Part shown: one piece after another, positions 35,827 to 47,031 of the stretch
How the letters are laid out: each line of letters begins with the position of its first letter
How positions within the stretch are numbered: the stretch's first letter is position 1
Origin: Squalus acanthias
Lineage: Eukaryota
NCBI GenBank assembly: GCA_030390025.1
Contig: CM059425.1
Span: 167,154,001 to 167,218,000, forward strand
Direction: 5' to 3'
Length of the DNA: 64,000 bases
Program-made: the position numbers and the translations under genes
Notes under the pieces: model-generated
What the model was told of the DNA's origin: nothing
Seen by the model: the letters and a program-made list of their open reading frames with translations, nothing else
The model's database searches: none

Positions 35827-36987
35827 CTAGAAGCGGCTTGCTATTAGTCGTTGACGGACGGCCCTTGCAGTTTGACCATTGTGGGCCGCCCTCCTGCCTT
35901 GGTGCTGCTGCTGATCATCGTCCTCGGCCTGTTCCTCCTCTTCCTCCTCCTCCTCTTGTGGTGCTGCAAGGCCTGGTGGCATTGGCTGCGTCCTGAGGAT
36001 TGCCATGTTGTGCAACATGCAGCACACCACTACGAATTTGGAAACTTGCTCAGGCGAGTACTGCAGGGCTCCTCCGGAATGGTCCAGACAGCGGAATCGT
36101 TGTTTGAGCACGCCGATTGTGCGCTCAATAATGTTCCTGGTTGCTTGTTGGCTTTCCTGGTACCGCAGCTCAGCAGGGGTGTTTGGCGCACGGAGCGGTG
36201 TCATCAGCCAGGTGCTCAATGCGTACCCCTTGTCCCCCAGAAGCCAACCAACTGGCTGATGCGGTGCCTCGAAAATTTCTGCCACAGTACTCTGGCGCAG
36301 GATGAAAGCATCGTGGCAGCTGCCCGGATAGTGGGCATTGACAGCGAGAATCACCTGTCTGTGGTCACAGACCAACTGCACATTCAAGGAATGGAACCCC
36401 TTTCTGTTCCGGAACTCCTCTGCATTCTCTCGCGGAGCACGCAAAGCCACATGCGTGCAGTCAATGGCGCCCTGCACCATGGGGAAGCCCGCTACCCTCG
36501 CAAAGCCCATAGCACGGTCATGCTGCTTGTCTGGGGTCATAGGGAAGGAGATGAAGTCTCGTCTCCTTGTGAAGAGGGCATTGGTGACCTGCCGAATGCA
36601 GCGATGCACCGCAAACTGGGAGATATTGGCGAGGTCCCCAACAGCAGCTTGGAATGAGCCAGTGGCGTAGAAGTTCAAGGCCACTGTGACCTTCACTGCC
36701 ACCGACAGAGACGTCCTGGACCTCAGCTGAGGCTGCAGATCTGGCTGCAGCAGGTGGCAGAGCTCAGTGACCACCTCCTTGCTGAATCGCAGCCTTCGCA
36801 AACACAGCTCCTCGGACATGTGGATGTAGGAGAGCTGTTCACGATATACCCTGGGAGGGTAAGCTCTCCTGTACATGCGCCTGATGGGCCTCCTCCGTCT
36901 GGCCATCATTGCCACTCTCTGTCTGCGTCTCACTCTGCTCCGATTGAGCTGGAGCAGGACGACGCCCCCAATCATTGCAGCCCCCAT
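35827..36987 (-). CDS. PIF/Harbinger DDE transposase (HARBI1-like family), 386 aa, intact
   Basis: GAIDCTHV, YPGSCHDAFIL, LLGDKGY, RNIIERTIGVLKQRFRCL and VCCMLHN motifs; ATG to TAG with no interruption. Confidence 0.96.
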   Translation of the reverse strand: MGAAMIGGVVLLQLNRSRVRRRQRVAMMARRRRPIRRMYRRAYPPRVYREQLSYIHMSEELCLRRLRFSKEVVTELCHLLQPDLQPQLRSRTSLSVAVKVTVALNFYATGSFQAAVGDLANISQFAVHRCIRQVTNALFTRRRDFISFPMTPDKQHDRAMGFARVAGFPMVQGAIDCTHVALRAPRENAEEFRNRKGFHSLNVQLVCDHRQVILAVNAHYPGSCHDAFILRQSTVAEIFEAPHQPVGWLLGDKGYALSTWLMTPLRAPNTPAELRYQESQQATRNIIERTIGVLKQRFRCLDHSGGALQYSPEQVSKFVVVCCMLHNMAILRTQPMPPGLAAPQEEEEEEEEQAEDDDQQQHQGRRAAHNGQTARAVRQRLIASRF

Positions 36988-37180
36988 CTTCTCTTTGCCA
37001 GAAAAGTAATGAGGTACAGCAACGAAAGTAGCAGCAAAGTTAGGATGAACTAGGCAAAACTACCTCACAAAGCGTTGAGTCAATGTAGAAGTCTCTCTCT
37101 CTCTCTCTCCGAATCTCTCTCTCTCTCTCAGAACGAGTGGTGCATAAATGTCGACCACAGAAAAAGACAGGAAGAGGCCC

Positions 37181-37190
37181 CCTTTAAATA
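37181..37190 (-). promoter_or_regulatory. TATA-like motif upstream of the transposase
   Basis: TATTTAAAGG; the same 10-mer lies upstream of the transposase pseudogene at 30092-30101 (+). Confidence 0.5.
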
Positions 37191-38089
37191 GCGCCCCCCC
37201 CAGCCCCAGACCGATTGATAACGTTCCAGTCTTCCGGTCGTTGGAAGCGCCAGGCGGTAAGGCAGGGGGCGCCACTCAATTTCCGCTCCGGGGCGCCCCA
37301 AGGGCGTTGCACCACAGAATGACGTCACAATCTGCGCGCGCAGGTGGTCGCAGCGGTAAGTTTTAGCGCCGCCGCACAATCTCAAGTTAAGTTCTCGAGC
37401 GGCGCAAACAGCGCTGCGCCCAGGCGTTAGCGCCTTAACGCCCCATTAGCGCCCATTTAAGGCGCTAACGGGAGGCGCAACCAACTGAATTTTTACCCCT
37501 TTATCTTTGTCACAGTCACATAGGATGTCATTTGTGACTTTTATAAGAGCTATTTCGGTACTGTGGCAGGGGCGGAAAGCTGATTGGAGGGATTCAAACC
37601 TGGAGTTCCGGGAAAGACGGGCACAGATTTGGGAGGTGACAACACGTTCAAGGACTTTGGAGAGGAAAGGAAGGTTGGAGATGGGGCGGTAGTTTGCAAG
37701 GACAGAGGGGTCAAGGGTTGTTTTTTTGAGGAAGGGGTGATGACGGCAGATTTGAGGGAGAGGGGGACAGTACCTGAGGAGAGAGAACCATTAACAATAT
37801 CAGCTAACACAGGGGCCAGGAAGGGAAGTTGGGTGGTCAGCAGTTTAGTGGGAATAGAGTTGAGGGAGCAGGAAGTGGGTCTCGTGGACAATATGAGCTT
37901 AGAAAGGGCATGAGGGGAGATCGGAGAGGAACTGGAGAAAGATGCGAGTTCAGGGCTAGGGTAGGGGGAACCTCAGAGGAAGTTTGGCCTGGTGGGCTAG
38001 GGGAAGGAAGGGAAGTGGCAGAGGCAGCTGTTCGGATGGTCTCAATCTTAGTGACAAAGAAGTCCATGAGGTCCTCGCACTTGAAGTGA

Positions 38090-38384
38090 TGGGCCAATAG
38101 GCTGATCCCTAATATAGGAGTACTGAGTTATGAGGAAACCTTGTAATCTTCAGTATTGAAAGAGGGTAAATGAGAAGGGACTTATAAAGGTACATAGGAT
38201 ATTAAACGGAACAGAAAAGGGTAGTCTTGAAAACGATTTCATGTTAAATCATGATTGCAGGAAAAGGGGACTTAGGTACAAACTAGTGAAGGGCAAGTTC
38301 AGGACTGCAGTCAGGAAGTACCTCTTCACTCAAAGAGTGACTAATATCTGGAATGGTCTCCCGGGTTATGGTAGTGGTGATGCA
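38090..38384 (+). mobile_element. Old CR1 3' fragment
   Basis: YKLVKGKFRTAVRKYLFTQRVTNIWNGLP. Confidence 0.75.
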
Positions 38385-38918
38385 GGCCTTCAATTTGGAT
38401 TAGGTCCAAAAACAGGCGGTGTAAAGGGCCAGCGATAGTTGCCTGCTCCCATTGAAAGTGGTCCAAGCAGCATTTGTGCGTTGCTGATTGGCTTAGCGCT
38501 CAACGAGGGGGCCAATATCAGGTGCAGTCTAATGGCCAGGAGTGCTTTGAGCAGTGTGTGAGGCTTGTGATGCAGATGGTGGGATATGGCATTTGCTGAA
38601 GCTTTCACTCACCTTGACCTGCCGTGTGAGGTCATTAAGCCTTTTTTGGCACTGGATCCACTTCCTTGGAACCAAACTGGTGGTTGTGACAAAGTTAGCT
38701 ATCTCCTCCCAGAGCCTTCTGCAATTGGCCTTGGAAGGCTTCCTGCCACCCTGCGGGAACAGTACAGCCCACCTTCTTTGACCGGCCACGACCAAGGCCT
38801 CCAGTGAAGCATTGGAGAACATTCATGCTCGCACCCTTGCTTGCTGAGTCATGTCTTCAGCCAGATTGGCAATGAGGTGCTGCTGCAACAAAGAACTTCC
38901 CCTTTAAACGGAGGCCCT
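38385..38918. mobile_element. Short Harbinger derivative retaining only Myb/SANT-like exon 1 (38852-38613, -)
   Basis: FSNASLEALV...LWEEIA...RKWIQCQKRLNDLTRQVK then gtgagt. TIR-like GGCCTTCAATTT near 38385. In-frame stop near the start. Confidence 0.7.
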
Positions 38919-38919
38919 A

Positions 38920-39195
38920 TTTGCTCTCTCAGGTGGATGTAAAATATCCTGAGGCACTATTCAAGATCTGTTCTGGCCAGCATTTATCCTCAATCAACAT
39001 TACTAAAAAAAAGATTGTCTGGTCAGTTATCTCATTACTGCTTGTAGGACCTTGCTGTGCGCAAATTGTCTGCCACGTTTCCCTGCATTACAACAGTGAT
39101 TACCCTTTCAAAAGTACTTCATTGGCTGTGAAGTGCTTTGAGACACCCTGAGGATGTGAAAGGTGCTATAAAAATGCAAGTTCTTTCTTCTTTTA
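38920..39195 (+). mobile_element. SINE body and tail (same family as 23004-23419)
   Basis: Reverse-complement similarity to 23004-23280. Confidence 0.75.
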
Positions 39196-39584
39196 CCTCC
39201 CCTTGTTTAGCATTATCTGCGAATTTAGCCAACTTGCATTGCATTTCTGAATTCACGTCATTTATGTAGATTAGAAACGCCACTGTATTAGCAGTAATTA
39301 GCAAAGTTATAAAAAAATTTATTTCCTTTATCTGAACCCCAAGACTGGTCTAGTAATTGAAATCCTCAATCAGATATCTAATATTGTATTTTTCTTCCTC
39401 AGTGGCGACAATTTCTTTTGATATCTAATCTCATCTGATAGTGGAGTGTGATATAGGACCTTACTGGCTACTGGGTTACTTTGGATGATGAATAATAGAA
39501 GAACTTATCATCTTCAGTATAATAGATAACCACTGGTGCCTGACAAGATGGAAACTGCTGGCAGGTAGTGATGAGTGAATGGTC

Positions 39585-40258
39585 TAGGCTGCTGCGAACT
39601 GGGAGCAGGGAACAAACCCTGCGCAGGAACAAGTAGGCTCAAGGCACACCTGATATTGGGCCTCGGGTTTCAGTTACATGAGGGCCGGCAAGCTGCAGAC
39701 GCTTCCTAGGAGTCCCCAGGCAGCTTGCTGGTGAAGAGGATTTCAATTTTGGACCTCTGCGTCACCGGCAGTGTCCCTCAGGTAGGTCTTGGAAGGGATG
39801 GGGAGATGATCGAGAGGGAGGAGGCAATCGGGAGGGAGAGGGCGATCAGGAGAGAGTGGAAGCAATCAAAAGGGAGCTAACCGGGGTCTGGCAACCGTCT
39901 TCAGCACTGTGGTGGACCCGGGAAGAGCACTCCAAATTCAGGTAAGTATCTTTTTTAAAGTTACCTTTTTTAGTGGCAGCCTCCAGCAGTGCCTTTAAGG
40001 ACCATTGGTTAGGCCACATATAGACCACGTTTTCCTGAACACAGCTAAATTTAAGGCAGCACCAATTTTCAAAGGGGGCCTCAAAGAGGAATTGGGCCCC
40101 CAATTTGATATGCAGAGAGACGTTTTTCAGGCGCGTGCCCTGGCCACCTCTTTTTCTACCTTTAACCAATATAACAGGCAGCAAACTTCTGGCGCATAAT
40201 GAGTGCACACCACTTTTCCACCTGAAAAACAGGCGCGGCGCTATCGAATTTCTAGGCC
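39585..40258. mobile_element. Harbinger-type MITE (left end uncertain)
   Basis: Right end AATTTCTAGGCC is the TIR GGCCTAGAAATT also seen at 29819 and 42984. Confidence 0.5.
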
Positions 40259-41039
40259 AAACTGTTTGCGAGACTGAATCTGTCTACTTTTTCAGGATGC
40301 AGGGAATAGAAATCCTTGAGATACTTTAAAGATTTTTATCACTGGTGATACATATTTACGATATTATTTTGCACGTCAGGAAATGTAAAGCAATATCCTG
40401 TTAAATGTCATAAATAAAATGATTAGGAGCTGTTCATATTTTTAAAATATGATGATAATATGAATTGCAAACTTGTTTGAGTGACAAATATAGCTTCAAC
40501 TATAACAGACTTCCAGCACAATAATCAACAGGGTGCATTTTCAATTTTATACTTAAATTACATTTTTAAAAGTATTATGTGTTCTTTTCAATTATTAATG
40601 TTTGAATATATAATTCGCATAAGTTTCTATTTCCTTTCCCAGCATGTTTTAAATGTCATTATAAATTGTGTTATTCTTTTGAATTCAAACAGTGACATGA
40701 GATTTAAATTGCTTTTTAATTTTATTTTTTTTACTTTAAAATCAAGTGTTATTGTAATTGGGTGACTGCTGCATGGACTGTTTGCCTGGTATTTTACTAA
40801 TCATTAATCAATTTACATCTGTCTGACAGTCACACAGAAACTGCCAACTCCAAACCTCTAGCTGCTCTCCAATGAACCCATTGCACTACATAACGGTGTT
40901 GTGAATACTTGTCAAATCACATTAATCTATGCATACTTTGAAGAAAAAGAATATAGTGACGTTCAGACTCTAGAAGGTCAAAAAGTCTTTTAAATTAATA
41001 GTTTAAAGAATATTTTGCTAAAATTTGTGTTAAGACTAA

Positions 41040-41756
41040 GGGGGAGAAATTCAATATAGCCCCGTTCGGGGCGCTAAATTTTAAAAGTTGAGAAAATTAG
41101 CACCAGGCACGAATGTTTCTAAACTTTTAAAAATTCGGTTTTGTGCTCCAGAAAGGAAATGGAACGCAATCGGCAGCAGGCGGGGCGGAAACTTCAGCAG
41201 CGCTACACACTGGGCCGTGCAGCGCTGCCGCGTTCAAAGGCTCCTTCTCTCCCTTAAAGGGAAGGGCCATCACTGCAGGCTCTGCAATATAACAAGTACC
41301 GACCTGGACCACTAAGGCAGCCGCAATCCCGCACGATCAGCCCGGCACTCAAGCAGAGTGCCGGGCTGATCAATCGCGGGCAGGAACCGGCGAAAAAAAC
41401 TGCAACAAGAAAGTTAAGTCTTTTTTTAACTTACCTCGGCCACCTCACCTTTAATCATCGCCCCCGAAGCGGCCGGCCGCCCGATGCACGCCTCCTGCAG
41501 CTGTCGGTGTTTTTGACCGGCGCTGCTGCAGGGGGCAGAAGTCAATTTCGGGTCTGGGGCGCTACCGGGGCGAAGCGCACAACGATGACGTCACAATCTC
41601 CGGGCAAAGGAGATCGGGGCGCAACACCGTAGCGCCGCCGCAAAACTCCCGCCACATTTGATGTCAGTGCCGCGCCCAGTCACAAAGCCATTTGCGCCCC
41701 ATTAGCGCCCCCTGAGGGCACTAACGGGAGGCGCAAAGGCACCCAATTTTGTCCCC
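41040..41756. mobile_element. Non-autonomous Harbinger MITE (717 bp) related to the intact element
   Basis: TIRs GGGGGAGAAATT and AATTTTGTCCCC, TAA TSD at 41037-41039 and 41757-41759. Right ~200 bp is similar to 37290-37499. Confidence 0.9.
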
Positions 41757-43021
41757 TAAGAATTAAACAGTACGTTCCTTGCCTTAGTAATACATTTTAT
41801 AAAAAACACATTTTATTTTAATCATGTGTGTGTTCTAGCATATGTAGAAATGTAAATATTTACACAGTTGCTACTTTTCAGTCGCTCAGCGACATTACCA
41901 GATGGTTTTTACCACTTTTTGCAGCTTTAAAAAATGAGCAAAAAGCTCACGAGATAAATGGCTGAAATCCACACAACTTCTGTTAAACAGAATATTTACC
42001 ATGTAATTCAGTGAAGAACTCACACGTGTGAGTTTTATATTTGCCAGGCCAGAATCAAAAGGTCACTTGCTGTGCTGCATGTCACATTCCCAGGTTTGCA
42101 GGTCATTAAAAACCTGAGTGAAGATGAAACTTATAAATCTGGTTTTATTGTAAAACCTGGCTTTAAAAAACACTTTTATTTCCACTCCTGAGCACTTTGT
42201 AATGCAGTTGTGACTTTGGTCCTGGTGACTTATCCAGACAAATGGAAAATTAGATAGCACTGAAAATCCACAGTGTTAATTCCAGCAACAAAGTAGAGTC
42301 GCAGGACATTTCTGATGTTTTGCGGGGAATAATATAAGTGGTTTCATACTCGGACCAATTCCATTAATTTTATCTCGTGGCAAAAATGTTCTTCTCACTT
42401 CATGGTGCAAGCATGTTTTGATGTAATAAGAGTTTTTTCATGATGTGTTACTGCAATGCATAACAACAGAAGTAGAAAATGGATCTGAAGAAAGGTTGTA
42501 TGCCCAGAATCTTAAGCTGTCTTCTCTTTACAAATGCTGACAGACCTGATGTATAATTTTAGCATTTCAGATTTTCAACATTTGCATATTTCTTCTTTTT
42601 ATCTTTACTGCAAGCTATTTGATTTTTCACACATCTTGATTCAGAAGGAATGGGGTGGAGACAGTATTAATGCAGCTTTTTTGAGAGCAATCAGTGGAAT
42701 TTTACTTCATTTTAAAAGATCTGCCATAACACTCAGTACTCCAGGGAAGAATGGAGAATATTTGGAGCAGTATGACATTTAAAAAATATATACAGCTTAC
42801 TTACAGAAACCTACTACCTTATTTCCAAAACAGATTCAAATGATGTTCATCTATTAATCGGTATAAATGGCCTCTGTACTCTGCACACCAAAATTCCAAC
42901 TTTTACACCTGTGCACTCAAAAGAGAGCCACATGCTCTCGTAAATATGCAAAATGCAGCTGCACACTAAATAAAATAATGTATTGGCCTAGAAATTCGGC
43001 CGCGCAGCGCCTGTTTTTTAA

Positions 43022-45378
43022 AAATCCGTTCATGGGATGTGGGCGTCGCTAGCAAGGCCAGCATTTATTGCCCATCCCTAATTGCCCTTGAGAAGGTGGT
43101 GGTGAGCCGCCTTCTTGAACCGGTGCAGTCCGTGTGGTGAAGGTACTCCCACAGTGCTGTTAGGGAGGGAGTTCCAGGATTTTGACCCAGCGACGATGAA
43201 GGATCGACGATATACTTCCACTTCAGGATGGTGTGTGACTTGGAGGGGAACTTGGAGGTGGTGGTGTTCCCTTGCGTCTGCTGCCCTTGTCCTTCTAGAT
43301 GGAAGAGGTCACGGGTTTGGGAGGTGCTGCCGAAGAAGCCTTGGCGAGTTGCTGCAGTGCATCTTGTAGACGGTACACGCTGCAGCCACGGTACGCCGGT
43401 GGTGGAGGGAGTGAATGTTTAAGGTGGTGGATGGGGTGCCAATCAAGCGGGCTGTTTTGTCCTGGATGGTGTCAAGCTTCTTGAGTGTTGTGGGAGCTGC
43501 ACTCATCCAGGCAAGTGGAGAGTATTCCATCACACTCCTGACTTGTGCCTTGTAGATGGTGGAAAGGCTTTAGGGAGTCAGGAGGTGAGACACTCGCTGC
43601 AGAATACCTAGCCTCTGACCTGCTCTTGTTGCCACAGTATTTATGTGGCTGGTCCAGTTAAGTTTCTGGTCAATGGTGACCCCCAGGATGTTGATGGTGG
43701 GGGATTTGGGGATGGTAATGCCGTTGAATGTCAAGGGGTGGTGGTTAGACTCTCGCTTGTTGGAGATAGTCATTGCCTGGCACTTATGTGGCGCGAATGT
43801 TACCTGCCACTTATCAGCCCAAGCCTGAACGCCGTCCAGGTCTTGTTGCATGCGGGCATGGACTGCTTGATTATCTGAGGAGTTGTGAATGGCGCTGAAC
43901 ATTGTGCAGTCATCAGCGAACATCCACATTTCTGACCTTATGTTAGAGAGAAGGACATTGATGAAGCAGCTGAAAATGGTTGGGCCTAGGACACTGCCCT
44001 GAGGAACTCCTGCAGCGATGTCCTGGCGCTGTGATGATTGACTTCCAACCACCACAACCATCTTCCTTTCTGCTAGGAATGACTCCAGCCAGTGGAGAGT
44101 TTTCCCCCAGATTCCCATTGACTTCAGTTTTACTAGGTCTCCTTGATGCCATACTCGTTCAAATGCTGCCTTGATGTCAAAGGCAGTCACTCTCACCTCA
44201 CCTCTGGAATTCAGCTCCTTTGTCCAAGTTTGGACCAAGGCTGTAATGAGGTCGGGAGCCAAGTGGTCTTGGCGGAACCCAAGTGAGCAGGTTATTGGTG
44301 AGTAAGTGCCGCTTGGTAGCACTGTTGATGATACCTTCCATCACTTTGCTGATGATTGAGAGTAGACTGATGGGGCGGTAATTGGCCGGATTGGATTTGT
44401 CCTGCTTTTTATGGACAGGACATACCTGGGCAGTTTTCCACATTGTCGGATAGATGCCAGTGTTGTAGCTGTACTGGAACAGCTTGGCTAGAGATGCGGC
44501 TAGTTCTGGAGCACAAGTCTTCAGCACGATAGCCGGGATGTTGTCGGGGCCCATAGCCTTTGCTGTATCCAGTGCGCTCAGCCGTTTCTTGATATCACCT
44601 GAAGTGAATCGAATTGGCTGAAGACTGGCTTCTGTGATGGTGGGGACCTCAGGAGTAGGCCGATATGGATCATCCACTCGGCACTTCTGGCTGAAGATGT
44701 TTGCAAACGCTTCAGCCTTGTCTTTTGCACTCACGTGCTGGGCTCCACCATCATTGAGGATGGGGATATTCATGGAGCCTCCTCCTCCCATTAGTTGTTT
44801 AATGGTCCACCACCATTCACGACTGGATGTGGCAGGACTGCAGAGCTTTGATCTGATCCACTGATTGTGGGATCGCTTAGCCCTGTCTATAGCATGCTGC
44901 TTCCGCTTTTTAGCATGCATGTAGTCCTGTGTTGCAGCTTCCCCAGGTTGGCACCTCATTTTTAGGTACGCCTTGTGCTGCTCCTGGCATGCTCTTCTAC
45001 ACTCCTTATTGAACCATGGTTGGTCCCCTGGCTTGATAGTAATGGTAGAGTGAAGGATATGCTGGGCAATGAGGTTACAGTTTGTGGTAGAATACAATTC
45101 TGCTGCTGCTGATGGCCCACAGCGCCTCATGGATGCCCAGTTTTGAGCTGCTAGATCTGTTGTGAGTCATTCCTATTTAGCACGGTAGTAGTGCCACACA
45201 ACACGATGGCGGGTGTCCTCAGTGTGAAGATGGGACTTCGTCTCCACAATGACTGTGCGGTGGTCACTGCTACCAATACTGTCATGGACAGATGCATCTG
45301 CGATAGGTAGATTGGTGAGCATGAGGTCAAGTAGGTTTTTCCCTCGTGTTGATTCTCTCACCACCTGTCGCAGACCTA
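43022..45378 (-). mobile_element. Non-LTR retrotransposon (second CR1/L2-group family), 5'-truncated, inserted in a MITE starting at 42984
   Basis: SDH endonuclease end, NYRPISLL, GVPQGSVLGP and FADD motifs, with frameshifts. MITE TIR GGCCTAGAAATT at 42984, and MITE-like sequence resumes after 45378. Confidence 0.9.
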
Positions 45379-45596
45379 GACTCTGGGTGCTAAACAGCCT
45401 CCTTAGCCTCCAATATGGCGGGCAGGAAGTGCATGCTTATTATGAGCCAGAATGCACCACCTGTTATATAGGTAAAGGCCAAAAAATCGGCTTGCAATGC
45501 CCATGCCTGAAACAGAAACAGATGTTAGACCTTTTGCATATTGCAAATTAGAGGCCTAACGCCTGTTTGTGGCCCCCACTGCAAGGTTGGTTTGTT

Positions 45597-45875
45597 GAAA
45601 GGAAGCAAGCAAGAAAGAAAGAAATAAAGAAGGAAAGAAATTTAGGGGCCTAATGCCTGTTGGAAGGACAGGAGGGAGGGAGGAAGGAAGGGAGGGAGGA
45701 TGGAAGAAGGAAGGAAGGAAGGAGACTGAGAGAGAGATAGATAGATACATGCATTTATATAGTGCCTTTCACGACCTCAGGACACTTTTGAAGTGTAGTG
45801 ATTGTTATAATGTAGGGAAATGTGGCAGCCATCCTTTGCGCGCAGAAAATGTCTCACAAACAGTAATGAGATAAA
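45597..45875 (-). repeat. GA-rich simple repeat adjoining a SINE tail
   Basis: (GGAA)/(GA) runs followed by TGCATTTATATAGTGCCTTTCAC. Confidence 0.6.
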
Positions 45876-47031
45876 TAACCATCTGTTGCGTACCTGAGAA
45901 ATGGGAGTACTGACGTGGACTTTAGATCCTTTTCTCTTCAATGACAACCAGCATCCCTTTAATGTGATCGATGTGCTTAACAGTGATTTGTAATGAATTT
46001 GATTTTGCAATGTGGCATTTGAATCAACCACCGATCGTTCTTTTTACATGAATGTCACATTTGAGCTAAACAGCATCCTTTACTTCCTACAGATATTTTC
46101 CACCAATGTCAGACACAAAAAATCCATAATATAAACAGACTAGGACATAATCGAGTTTTTGCCCGTGGCATCAGATAGGACACCACCCACACGAATATTG
46201 TAATAGTACTAGGACTCTCACAATGTCAAATCAGACTAAACGCTCCACTAGCAATTACTGAACTACTCACAGGGTGAACTGCCGCAGTGCTCTGAAAGGT
46301 TCCTACCTACATAAAAACTGGATTTGAAAGACTGTCCTGGGGGTCAAGAAAATGTACTGGAGAAATAAGTGAGAAAATGTAAAATCCTCAGGTATTCCGA
46401 CATGCTTCCACCATACACTGGGCGGGAGTGCAGCCAAAGGCCTGTGAATTCGGCTGGAACCTCTTTCTGCCCCAAATGTCAGAAGGACATGCCTTTCAGG
46501 AAGGGAGTGCTGGGTCAGGAGTTTCCTTGGCCGTAGCCCGAACTCCCCAGGTGGCCACTACGCTGGAAGAAACAAGGTATACTGTCTGAGAGATGTGGGA
46601 CTCACAATGGAGTCCAGGCCTGGCTGCCCCTCCCCCCACCCCAGGCAAAAGAAAAATCTTAACCTGATTTTTCTCAGTCCCCGTACAAAGGTAGCCAATA
46701 ATCCACAAATTTTAATCTTCTCTTTCAGTGAGACCTGCAATTCCACCGCCCCCACATCCCCTGAGCCAGGGCAGCTTTCCGATGTTGCTTTTTCCAATCC
46801 TTTCACAATGGCAGGTAACAGAAATGCACCCACAGCGGCACGGGTGCCTGACAGTAAAATGCAGATTGAGGAACCTCCACCTATCCCCGGAAAGTCCGGT
46901 GCGGTCAGCGTGGATGTTCCCAGCAGGCATATCCAGACATGTGTCAAGATGCAAACCTGGGAATATTTGGGCCCCTTTTACTTTGGTAACTAGAAATATA
47001 TTACAGTTTAAATTAAGTACTGTTATTTAGT

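Larger units (their letters stand above)
33218..37499. mobile_element. Intact autonomous-type PIF/Harbinger DNA transposon (4282 bp)
   Basis: TIRs GGGGTAGAAATT (33218-33229) and AATTTTTACCCC (37488-37499), 11/12 match. TTT at 33215-33217 and 37500-37502. Two convergent genes with no disabling mutation; CpG-rich ends. Confidence 0.95.
33039..38082 (-). mobile_element. Internal L2 RT fragment (33039-33217 plus 37503-38082), split by the intact Harbinger
   Basis: The rejoined sequence reads ...HSTEIALIKVTNDILCDCDKDKLSLLVL...SAAIDTVDHTILLQRL, typical of L2 RT. Confidence 0.9.

Noticed and set aside
35851..36657. 268-aa ORF antisense to the transposase, and similar antisense ORFs over LINEs
   Set aside because: Shadow frames of GC-rich coding sequence with no recognisable motifs.
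35827..36987. Calling the transposase the domesticated host gene HARBI1
   Set aside because: It sits between TIRs with a TSD, next to a Myb partner, and has decayed paralogues in the window. It is a transposon gene.
38529..38852. Missing exon 1 of the 29819-33038 Harbinger
   Set aside because: Separated from it by a CR1 fragment and preceded by its own TIR-like end. More likely a separate derivative, though not excluded.
45890..46090. Possible host exon on - (CAG|gtacgc donor)
   Set aside because: All frames from the nearest plausible acceptor contain stops.
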